DNA of 15,374 bases from a virus: the UHGV virus genome UHGV-0080089. One strand, given 5' to 3'. Every line of letters begins with the position of its first letter. The stretch's first letter is position 1. Below, piece by piece: positions 7,353-14,291 of this stretch. Made by a program: the position numbers and the translations under genes. Under the pieces are notes generated by a model, which did no database searches, was not told the DNA's origin, and saw only the letters and a list, made by a program, of their open reading frames with translations.

Positions 7353-7574
7353 TAGGTCCACCTCGCCTGATGTGGCTAAAAGCAGGCACATAACAGCTAA
7401 GTATTTTCAACCAGAGAGAATCCTTAGCGTTGTGGTGAATGCGGCTCAGCGCACGCGGGTTAAGGTTGAGGCTGACAGTCGACCTTCTGTGGATACCCAC
7501 CCGCCTGGTGTGCAACCTTCGCCAGGCACCGGGAGGCACCCGGCACCACAACTTTATGCTGTGTGTAGTCTTGG

Positions 7575-7619
7575 CGGTACCAGCTTGTACCCTTGCTTCC
7601 GGCTGGTACCGTCCTTTTT
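7575..7619 (+). terminator. Candidate intrinsic terminator / attenuator hairpin upstream of the yfdP-like operon
   Basis: 10-bp perfect stem CGGTACCAGC (7575..7584) / GCTGGTACCG (7602..7611), 17-nt loop, then TCC + TTTTT (7615..7619). The loop is long for a canonical terminator. Confidence 0.4.
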
Positions 7620-7756
7620 ACAAAACAGAGAAGAGCATCACCGGACGACGGGCTCATAACCCAATCCATCCGGGCGGCAGTCACCGCAGGTGTTCTTCTC
7701 TGTTTTGTGGAGAAACTAACCGACCTTGCAGGGTCGATATGATGAGGAGCAGCAAA

Positions 7757-8119
7757 ATGGCTAGCGAACGCAGTACTGATGTGCAGGCATTTATCGGGGA
7801 GCTGGACGGCGGCGTATTTGAAACCAAAATCGGCGCAGTTCTCAGTGAAGTCGCTTCCGGTGTGATGAACACGAAAACCAAAGGTAAGGTCTCGCTCAAC
7901 CTGGAAATCGAACCGTTTGATGAGAACCGAGTGAAAATCAAACACAAACTCTCATATGTTCGCCCGACTAACCGCGGGAAAATTTCCGAAGAAGACACCA
8001 CCGAAACGCCGATGTATGTCAATCGCGGTGGTCGCCTGACTATTCTGCAGGAAGACCAGGGACAGTTACTGACTCTTGCCGGTGAACCTGACGGAAAACT
8101 CCGCGCAGCAGGTCGTTAA
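7757..8119 (+). CDS. YfdP-like early-left phage protein (120 aa), function unknown
   Basis: Track ORF 7439..8119 is a long GTG-initiated extension; chosen start ATG 7757 (MASERSTDVQ...) has GAGGAG (7744..7749) at 7-nt spacing. Size and position before the YfdQ-like gene match CPS-53 yfdP. Confidence 0.65.
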   Translation: MASERSTDVQAFIGELDGGVFETKIGAVLSEVASGVMNTKTKGKVSLNLEIEPFDENRVKIKHKLSYVRPTNRGKISEEDTTETPMYVNRGGRLTILQEDQGQLLTLAGEPDGKLRAAGR

Positions 8120-8184
8120 TATCGTTTTTAATTAACTGATTATTTATCTCATCACTGAATATCTTTATATAGTGAGGACTTATT

Positions 8185-9009
8185 ATGTCTCAGAACTTAG
8201 ACGCAACCGCAATTAATCAAATCCATGCCCTTATTTCTGCTCAGGGTGTTAATGAAATTATCAGTAAGATTGGTGCCGATGCTGTGGCATTGCCTGAGAA
8301 TTTCCGCATTCATGATCTGGAAAAATTTAATTTAAATCGCTTCCGTTTCCGTGGTGCGCTTTCCACTGCCAGCATCGATGACTTTACCCGTTATTCTAAA
8401 GATCTTGCAGATGAAGGCACCCGCTGCTTTATCGATGCTGATAATATGCGTGCCGTCAGTGTGCTTAACCTGGGTACTATTGATGAACCAGGTCACGCAG
8501 ATAACACCGCCACACTCAAACTGAAAAAGACAGCACCGTTCTCTGCTCTGTTGTCTGTTAACGGCGAGCGTAACTCCCAGAAGTCACTAGCAGAATGGAT
8601 TGAAGACTGGGCCGACTATCTTGTGGGCTTTGATGCTAATGGTGACGCTATTCAGGCAACAAAAGCGGCTGCGGCTGTCCGTAAAATCACGATTGAAGCA
8701 AACCAGACCGCTGATTTTGAAGATAATGACTTCAGCGGCAAACGCTCCCTGATGGAGTCTGTCGAAGCGAAGACCAAAGACATTATGCCAGTGGCATTTG
8801 AATTTAAATGCGTTCCGTTTGAAGGTCTGAAAGAACGTCCGTTTAAATTACGCCTCAGTATTATCACTGGCGATCGTCCTGTACTGGTTCTGCGCATTAT
8901 TCAGCTGGAGGCGGTGCAGGAAGAAATGGCTAACGAATTTCGTGATCTGCTTGTTGAGAAATTCAAGGACAGCAAAGTAGAAACCTTTATTGGTACTTTC
9001 ACCGCCTGA
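8185..9009 (+). CDS. yfdQ: DUF2303-family protein, YfdQ-like (274 aa)
   Basis: ATG 8185 with SD GAGGA at 6-nt spacing; sequence and length recalled as matching E. coli CPS-53 YfdQ (memory only, not searched). Confidence 0.75.
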   Translation: MSQNLDATAINQIHALISAQGVNEIISKIGADAVALPENFRIHDLEKFNLNRFRFRGALSTASIDDFTRYSKDLADEGTRCFIDADNMRAVSVLNLGTIDEPGHADNTATLKLKKTAPFSALLSVNGERNSQKSLAEWIEDWADYLVGFDANGDAIQATKAAAAVRKITIEANQTADFEDNDFSGKRSLMESVEAKTKDIMPVAFEFKCVPFEGLKERPFKLRLSIITGDRPVLVLRIIQLEAVQEEMANEFRDLLVEKFKDSKVETFIGTFTA

Positions 9010-9021
9010 TTTCATTACTGC

Positions 9022-9043
9022 AAATGCCCCTGCGGGGGCATTT
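9022..9043 (+). terminator. Hairpin downstream of the yfdQ-like gene (possible partial terminator)
   Basis: 9-bp stem AAATGCCCC / GGGGCATTT with 4-nt loop, 13 bp after the stop; T-tract limited to the stem's own 3' TTT. Confidence 0.35.
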
Positions 9044-9136
9044 ATGGAAACGTAATTTACTCAATAATCGCCGGATGGTGAGGGATTCTTTTTGCCAGAA
9101 TTCAGCGCGGTGCAGCGCATATACGTGGAGAACAAA

Positions 9137-9673
9137 ATGTCATTTATTAAAACTTTTTCCGGGAAGCATTTTTATTATGACAGGATAAATAAAGACGACA
9201 TCGATATTAACGATATCGCGGTTTCCCTTTCAAATATCTGTCGCTTTGCCGGTCATCTTTCGCACTTCTACAGCGTCGCCCAACATGCGGTTCTTTGCAG
9301 CCAGCTGGTGCCGCAGGAATTTGCTTTTGAAGCGTTAATGCATGATGCAACAGAAGCGTATTGCCAGGACATTCCCGCACCACTGAAACGCCTTCTTCCT
9401 GACTATAAACAAATGGAAGAAAAAATAGACGCCGTAATCCGTGAGAAATACGGGTTACCCCCAGTTATGAGTACGCCCGTGAAATATGCCGATCTCATCA
9501 TGCTGGCAACCGAACGCCGCGATCTCGGGCTTGATGATGGCTCTTTCTGGCCTGTACTGGAAGGTATCCCGGCAACAGAGATGTTCAACGTGATTCCACT
9601 GGCACCGGGCCATGCCTACGGGATGTTTATGGAACGCTTTAACGAGTTATCGGAGTTACGCAAATGCGCATGA
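9137..9673 (+). CDS. yfdR: HD-domain phosphohydrolase, YfdR-like (178 aa; 5'-deoxynucleotidase family)
   Basis: Chosen start ATG 9137 (MSFIKTF...) with GGAGA SD; HD motif in ALMHDATEAY plus upstream His (FAGHLSHF..QH); length matches YfdR as recalled. Confidence 0.8.
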   Translation: MSFIKTFSGKHFYYDRINKDDIDINDIAVSLSNICRFAGHLSHFYSVAQHAVLCSQLVPQEFAFEALMHDATEAYCQDIPAPLKRLLPDYKQMEEKIDAVIREKYGLPPVMSTPVKYADLIMLATERRDLGLDDGSFWPVLEGIPATEMFNVIPLAPGHAYGMFMERFNELSELRKCA

Positions 9674-10026
9674 ATATTTTCGAAATGGAAGGGTTTCTTC
9701 GTGGGAGATGTGTACCGCGAGATCTGAAAGTAAATGAAACAGATGCTGAATACCTGGTGCGTAAATTCGATGCGCTTGAAGCTAAATGTGCAGCACAGGA
9801 AAACAAAGTAATACCAGTGTCAACTGAACTGCCACCAGCAAATGAAAGTGTTTTGTTATTCGATGCTAACGGAGAAGGCTGGCTAATTGGCTGGCGTTCT
9901 CTCTGGTACACCTGGGGACAAAAAGAAACCGGAGAATGGCAGTGGACATTTCAGGTCGGGGACCTTGAAAACGTCAATATCACTCACTGGGCAGTAATGC
10001 CAAAAGCACCGGAGGCTGGAGCATAA
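9664..10026 (+). CDS. YfdS-like protein (120 aa; DUF551-like), function unknown
   Basis: ATG 9664 with GGAG 8 nt upstream; overlaps the yfdR-like stop; Trp-rich C-terminal half. Confidence 0.6.
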   Translation: MRMNIFEMEGFLRGRCVPRDLKVNETDAEYLVRKFDALEAKCAAQENKVIPVSTELPPANESVLLFDANGEGWLIGWRSLWYTWGQKETGEWQWTFQVGDLENVNITHWAVMPKAPEAGA

Positions 10027-10331
10027 TGACCACTTTTACCGACAAAGAACTGATTAAAGAAATTAAAGAGCGTATCAGCAGCCTTGACGTGCGAGACGAT
10101 ATTGAGCGCCGTGCTTATGAAATCGCACTCCTATCTCTGGAAGTAGAACCAGATGAACGCGAAGCTTATGAATTATTCATGGAAAAGCGTTTCGGTGACT
10201 TAGTAGATCGTCGGAGAGCAAAAAACGGCGATAACGAATACATGGCATGGGATATGACTCTCGGTTGGATCGTCTGGCAGCAACGAGCTGGTATCCATTT
10301 TTCAACAATGTCACAGCAAGAGGTGAAATAA
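10026..10331 (+). CDS. YfdT-like small protein (101 aa), function unknown
   Basis: ATG 10026 overlapping upstream TAA (TAATG), GGAG upstream; size and position match CPS-53 yfdT. Confidence 0.6.
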   Translation: MTTFTDKELIKEIKERISSLDVRDDIERRAYEIALLSLEVEPDEREAYELFMEKRFGDLVDRRRAKNGDNEYMAWDMTLGWIVWQQRAGIHFSTMSQQEVK

Positions 10332-10681
10332 TGGAGCCATACAGCCTCACACTCGATGAGGCCTGTCATTTTCTCAAGATATCCAGACCGACTGCCATTA
10401 ACTGGATACGCACAGGGCGTCTTCAGGCAACACGCAAAGATCCCACTAAGAATAAATCTCCTTACCTCACAACACGACAAGCCTGCATTGCGGCTCTTCA
10501 GTCTCCGCTGCATACTGTCCAGGTGAGCGCGGGTGATGGCATAACAGAGGAAAGAAAATGTCACTCTTCCGCAGAGGTGAAATATGGTACGCCAGTTTCA
10601 CATTGCCGAACGGTAAAAGATTTAAACAGTCTCTTGGAACAAAGGACAAAAGGCAGGCGACAGAACTCCATGACAAGCTAA
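10331..10681 (+). CDS. xis: Excisionase-like HTH protein (Xis/AlpA type, 117 aa); 3' end overlaps int by 124 nt
   Basis: ATG 10331 (TAATG overlap with upstream stop), SD GAGGTG; [29 protein letters not shown]; lies directly upstream of int. C-terminal extent uncertain. Confidence 0.6.
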   Translation: MEPYSLTLDEACHFLKISRPTAINWIRTGRLQATRKDPTKNKSPYLTTRQACIAALQSPLHTVQVSAGDGITEERKCHSSAEVKYGTPVSHCRTVKDLNSLLEQRTKGRRQNSMTS

Positions 10682-11721
10682 AGGCTGAAGCATGGCGGGT
10701 CAGCAAACTTGGTGAAATACCTGATATAACGTTCGAGGAAGCGTGTGTCAGGTGGCTTGAAGAGAAAGCACATAAAAAATCACTGGACGATGACAAAAGC
10801 CGGATCGGATTCTGGCTTCAACATTTCGCAGGGATGCAACTAAGAGACATCACTGAATCAAAAATTTATTCAGCGATGCAGAAAATGACAAACCGGCGTC
10901 ATGAGGAAAACTGGAAACTCAGGGCAGAAGCATGCAGAAAAAAAGGGAAACCTGTTCCAGAATACACGCCAAAACCAGCGTCCGTTGCAACGAAGGCTAC
11001 GCATCTTTCATTTATAAAGGCCCTGCTAAGAGCCGCAGAGCGTGAATGGAAAATGCTTGATAAGGCACCAATTATTAAAGTGCCTCAACCGAAGAATAAA
11101 CGTATCCGCTGGCTGGAGCCTCATGAAGCACAAAGGCTGATTGATGAATGTCCGGAGCCATTAAAGTCTGTTGTTGAATTTGCACTGGCAACAGGCTTAA
11201 GACGCTCGAACATCATCAACCTTGAATGGCAACAAATAGACATGCAGCGCCGGGTGGCATGGATAAACCCGGAAGAGAGTAAATCAAACCGCGCAATTGG
11301 CGTTGCGCTGAATGATACTGCATGTCGCGTATTGAAAAAACAAATCGGGAATCATCACCGTTGGGTATTTGTTTACAAGGAAAGCTGTACCAAACCAGAC
11401 GGAACGAAAGCGCCAACGGTCAGGAAGATGCGGTATGACGCAAACACAGCCTGGAAAGCGGCGCTGAGACGAGCAGGTATTGATGATTTCAGATTTCACG
11501 ACTTGAGACACACCTGGGCAAGTTGGCTGGTTCAAGCCGGAGTCCCGTTGTCAGTGTTACAGGAAATGGGAGGCTGGGAGTCTATCGAAATGGTTCGTCG
11601 ATATGCTCACCTCGCACCTAATCACCTTACCGAACACGCACGGCAAATAGACTCGATCCTGAACCCATCGGTCCCAAATTTGTCCCAGTCAAAAAATAAG
11701 GAAGGTACTAATGATGTGTAA
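10558..11721 (+). CDS. int: Tyrosine integrase (P22 Int / KplE1 IntS type, 387 aa)
   Basis: ATG 10558 with SD GAGGAA; N-terminus [34 protein letters not shown] typical of this integrase group; catalytic pattern ...LRRS..., HDLRHTWAS, ...RRYAHL; stop 14 bp from the tRNA-Thr 3' fragment. Confidence 0.9.
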   Translation: MSLFRRGEIWYASFTLPNGKRFKQSLGTKDKRQATELHDKLKAEAWRVSKLGEIPDITFEEACVRWLEEKAHKKSLDDDKSRIGFWLQHFAGMQLRDITESKIYSAMQKMTNRRHEENWKLRAEACRKKGKPVPEYTPKPASVATKATHLSFIKALLRAAEREWKMLDKAPIIKVPQPKNKRIRWLEPHEAQRLIDECPEPLKSVVEFALATGLRRSNIINLEWQQIDMQRRVAWINPEESKSNRAIGVALNDTACRVLKKQIGNHHRWVFVYKESCTKPDGTKAPTVRKMRYDANTAWKAALRRAGIDDFRFHDLRHTWASWLVQAGVPLSVLQEMGGWESIEMVRRYAHLAPNHLTEHARQIDSILNPSVPNLSQSKNKEGTNDV

Positions 11722-11735
11722 CTTATTGATTTAAA

Positions 11736-11781
11736 TGGTGCCGATAATAGGAGTCGAACCTACGACCTTCGCATTACGAAT
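11736..11781 (-). other. 3' fragment (anticodon loop to CCA end, 46 nt) of a tRNA-Thr(CGU) gene; att core / junction remnant, not an intact tRNA
   Basis: Minus strand reads ATTCGTAATGCGAAGGTCGTAGGTTCGACTCCTATTATCGGCACCA: anticodon loop TTCGTAA (CGT), variable loop, T-arm GTAGG-TTCGACT-CCTAT, acceptor 3' strand TATCGGC-A-CCA. Upstream sequence (CTGGTCTCGCTA) does not continue as D-arm or acceptor 5' strand. Resemblance to E. coli thrW is from memory. Confidence 0.75.
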
Positions 11782-11946
11782 TAGCGAGACCAGTGATTCA
11801 AGATGTTCACAGCCGTTTCAGCATACAATAAAAAACATATAAAAATCAACAAAATATACATAAATGCAGTATCAAGATGTTTCGCCTTGTTTCTGATGAT
11901 ATCATGTTAAATGTGTACCCCGCTGTGTACCCAAAAGGCTGAAGAT

Positions 11947-13266
11947 ATGACTTTTACTATTACACAAGACAGACAATTGGCTTCATTGACCGTTACTAAA
12001 GAAGAAAAAGAAATCTTATTTGCTGTAAAATCTAAAGCTGGGGGAGGACTCTTTATACGTGTTCGTTATGGTAGCGACAATAAAAGCTGGATTTATCGTT
12101 ATCGAATAGCTCAAAAGCCAGCTAAATTAACACTAGGTAGTTACCCTGCCATGGGATTAGCTCAAGCTCGTAAAGCTCATGCGGATGCAATTGAATTAGT
12201 AAGAAAAGGTATAGATCCTCGTCATATTAGAAAAAATGAAAAACAAAAAAATGAACAAATGATTATTTACTCTGAATTATGGAAAGATTGGATAGAATTC
12301 AGAAAGACAAGTAAACCAATTAGCACCAGAACCCTTGCAGATTATGAAGGGACTTATCACCGCCACCTTGAAAAAGCATTAGGAAACCTTCGCATTGACG
12401 AACTTACCAAAAGCGTTATTTTTGAACATCTCAGTAATGTAAGAAAAACCAGTTCTGAAGCAGTTCGTAAAGGATTAATTATTCTAAATATGACTCTTGA
12501 TCATGCCAACTTACAGGGTATGCTTGAGCATAACCCAGCACGACTGCTCAAACCAGCAATGTTTGGTGCATCGATGAATAAACCTCGCGAGCGATGGCTT
12601 CCTGAGAATGAACTCCGGATGCTATGGAAGGCTTTGGATGATGCTACTGTTGGAGGAGGCTCCATTGCATCTGGTGGCTATGGAGTTTCCTCTAGTGTGG
12701 TATTATCTCATTCTGTCGCAAATGCACTCCGTTTGATTATTTTCACAGGAGTGCGCCGCTCTGAAGCGGCACAAATGCGCTGGGATCAAATTAATGGAGA
12801 GCGTTGGACCATACCAGCCACTAAAAATGGGAAAAGCCATATTGTTACTTTACATCCGTATATGCTTTCTTTAATAAAAACACAACGTGAATTCACTGAA
12901 GGTGCATATGTTTTTGGTTCTACTAGCAAACCTGGCTTTCCCATCACAAATGACGCTCTGACTCGCGCGTTAGAAAGGGTTCGCTCTAAGTATCTAGCTG
13001 AACTTACTCCATTTTCTCCTCATGATCTGCGTAGAAGTGTTGCGACTGGATGCGCTGAATACCTTGATGCTCCAGAGCGCCTAATAGAGTTACTGTTAAA
13101 TCATGTACCCAAAGACCGTTTAATACGAACATATCAAGTCGGACAACAAGCTGAAAAATTAAAAAATTTATTTATAGAATGGGGGAATTTTATTATGAAT
13201 AACGTCATTACTGTGCAGAAGAATGCTCCGGATAATGTTATTCATATAAAATTTGGGAACAGATGA
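11947..13266 (+). CDS. int: P4-family tyrosine integrase (DUF4102-type N-terminal domain), about 38% GC
   Basis: Track ORF 11911..13266; preferred start ATG 11947 (MTFTITQDRQ...) with AAAGG SD; N-terminal arm-binding-like region (GGGLFIRVRYGSDNKSWIYRYR...LGSYPAMGLAQARK); catalytic pattern ...GVRRSEA..., HDLRRSVATG, ...LIRTYQVGQ. Confidence 0.85.
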   Translation: MTFTITQDRQLASLTVTKEEKEILFAVKSKAGGGLFIRVRYGSDNKSWIYRYRIAQKPAKLTLGSYPAMGLAQARKAHADAIELVRKGIDPRHIRKNEKQKNEQMIIYSELWKDWIEFRKTSKPISTRTLADYEGTYHRHLEKALGNLRIDELTKSVIFEHLSNVRKTSSEAVRKGLIILNMTLDHANLQGMLEHNPARLLKPAMFGASMNKPRERWLPENELRMLWKALDDATVGGGSIASGGYGVSSSVVLSHSVANALRLIIFTGVRRSEAAQMRWDQINGERWTIPATKNGKSHIVTLHPYMLSLIKTQREFTEGAYVFGSTSKPGFPITNDALTRALERVRSKYLAELTPFSPHDLRRSVATGCAEYLDAPERLIELLLNHVPKDRLIRTYQVGQQAEKLKNLFIEWGNFIMNNVITVQKNAPDNVIHIKFGNR

Positions 13267-13358
13267 TAAAAATACATGCATGGTCTGAGATACCCTGTCT
13301 ACTCGACCATGCAGTATGGTTCAACTAAATCAGTCACAACAAGAAATGATTAGTTTTA

Positions 13359-14207
13359 TTAGATATTGTATGGGATTATTTCTGGATAATACTTCGCAAT
13401 GATGTCATTTAGCCGATCAATCAGTTCCGGTTTTCTGAACGTGATGTGCGCGGAGCCCTTCTTAAAGTATCTGATGCTGAACATCTCATCTTCATAGCAT
13501 GTTTTACCCTGAACAGACTGGATGTGCTCATCCAAACGAATGATGATGTTTTCCCGGTTGTCGGGAATGGGGTTGCCACTGAAGAGATGCAGCATCCTTT
13601 CCAGGTCGGCAACCCGGTCAGTCTGTTGCCCGGTGATAAGATGAAACCCCCACCGGTCCCACCTCACCAGGTTGTTGACGATAATTTTACTGCCAAATTT
13701 GCAGGGGCAATTGGTTTTGTAATTCCAGCTCAGTCCCCTGAAGACGTTGATCACCCCTCGCTCAAACACCTCATCCTTATTCTGGTGTAGTTGTTCGAAT
13801 GTGCTCAGAATGTTCGCTTCACTGATTTCCGGAAAATTATCGTACTCCAGTGACCGGTACCATGTATCACGGGCCTGTGCATCCATTAAGGAAAGTATCC
13901 CTGAACGTTGCATCAGGTCACGCCAGATTTCGCGGTCAAGGTTCCGGGTGATGGCTTTCATTGCCATTTCCGGTTTCTCCATCAGCCAGCAGCCGCAGCG
14001 AAAATCCTGTTTCATGGCCCAGTCCAGTGCAGTTTTACCTCCGATGCTTTCCGTCAGCACTGAAATTTCAGCCAGTTGCCGGATAAGCATTTCGGCTTGT
14101 TGCAGTGCTGCATACCGTACCGTCACAACGTGTCGGATACTGGTTGAGCCGATAACGTCCGTATGCCCGTTGACCACTTCCGGACGGGAGACTGTGATAT
14201 CAGACAT
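13359..14207 (-). CDS. Hypothetical protein (282 aa), island cargo of unknown function; two CxC motifs (FRCGCW, NCPCKFG)
   Basis: ATG 14207 with AAGGA upstream; no family recognised with confidence; convergent with int2 and directly downstream of the truncated Ag43 fragment. Confidence 0.6.
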   Translation of the reverse strand: MSDITVSRPEVVNGHTDVIGSTSIRHVVTVRYAALQQAEMLIRQLAEISVLTESIGGKTALDWAMKQDFRCGCWLMEKPEMAMKAITRNLDREIWRDLMQRSGILSLMDAQARDTWYRSLEYDNFPEISEANILSTFEQLHQNKDEVFERGVINVFRGLSWNYKTNCPCKFGSKIIVNNLVRWDRWGFHLITGQQTDRVADLERMLHLFSGNPIPDNRENIIIRLDEHIQSVQGKTCYEDEMFSIRYFKKGSAHITFRKPELIDRLNDIIAKYYPEIIPYNI

Positions 14208-14291
14208 AATCGATATTCCTTTTTGCAGATAAATGAAAATGCCAGACCTGTTCAGGCTGGCGTCAGTGGAATGAAGTCTGGTGAGTAAGAC

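Larger units (their letters stand above)
1..11781. mobile_element. Lambdoid prophage (CPS-53/KplE1-like gene order, P22-type int/att), integrase-proximal end; other end lies beyond the left window edge
   Basis: Contiguous phage modules: nin-like genes, replication initiator, cro-like/cI divergent immunity region with operators, early-left accessory cluster, xis and int, ending 14 bp before a tRNA-Thr 3' fragment that matches an att core. Confidence 0.8.

Noticed and set aside
7289-7370. Asserting a type III toxin-antitoxin RNA antitoxin from the tandem repeats upstream of the 144-aa gene
   Set aside because: Only two imperfect repeat copies, no terminator between repeats and the gene, and no detectable similarity of the 144-aa protein to ToxN/AbiQ; kept only as a speculative alternative in the findings.
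7207-8022. Overlapping ORFs 7207..7551, 7372..7659, 7460..7945, 7681..8022 and the 7439..7756 N-terminal extension of the yfdP-like ORF
   Set aside because: All depend on GTG/TTG starts without RBS, are Pro/Gly/Arg-rich, and overlap each other; the yfdP-like gene has a clear ATG at 7757 with a GAGGAG SD.
8652-11535. Minus-strand ORFs 8652..8897, 9403..9588, 9639..9911, 10166..10564, 10467..10796, 11216..11416, 11284..11535
   Set aside because: Antisense to the well-supported plus-strand yfdQ/yfdR/yfdS/yfdT/xis/int genes; no RBS, not protein-like.
11736-11781. Calling an intact tRNA gene
   Set aside because: Only the 3' 46 nt (anticodon loop to CCA) are present; the D-arm, acceptor 5' strand and anticodon-stem 5' strand are absent, so this is an att-core fragment.
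11911-11946. Upstream ATG 11911 as the int2 start
   Set aside because: No SD upstream and the codons overlap the TGTGTACCC direct repeats; ATG 11947 has a better RBS and gives a typical P4-family N-terminus. Not excluded.
13421-14232. ORFs 13421..13612, 13446..13790, 13747..14232
   Set aside because: Alternative-frame or antisense ORFs within the 282-aa gene; no RBS.
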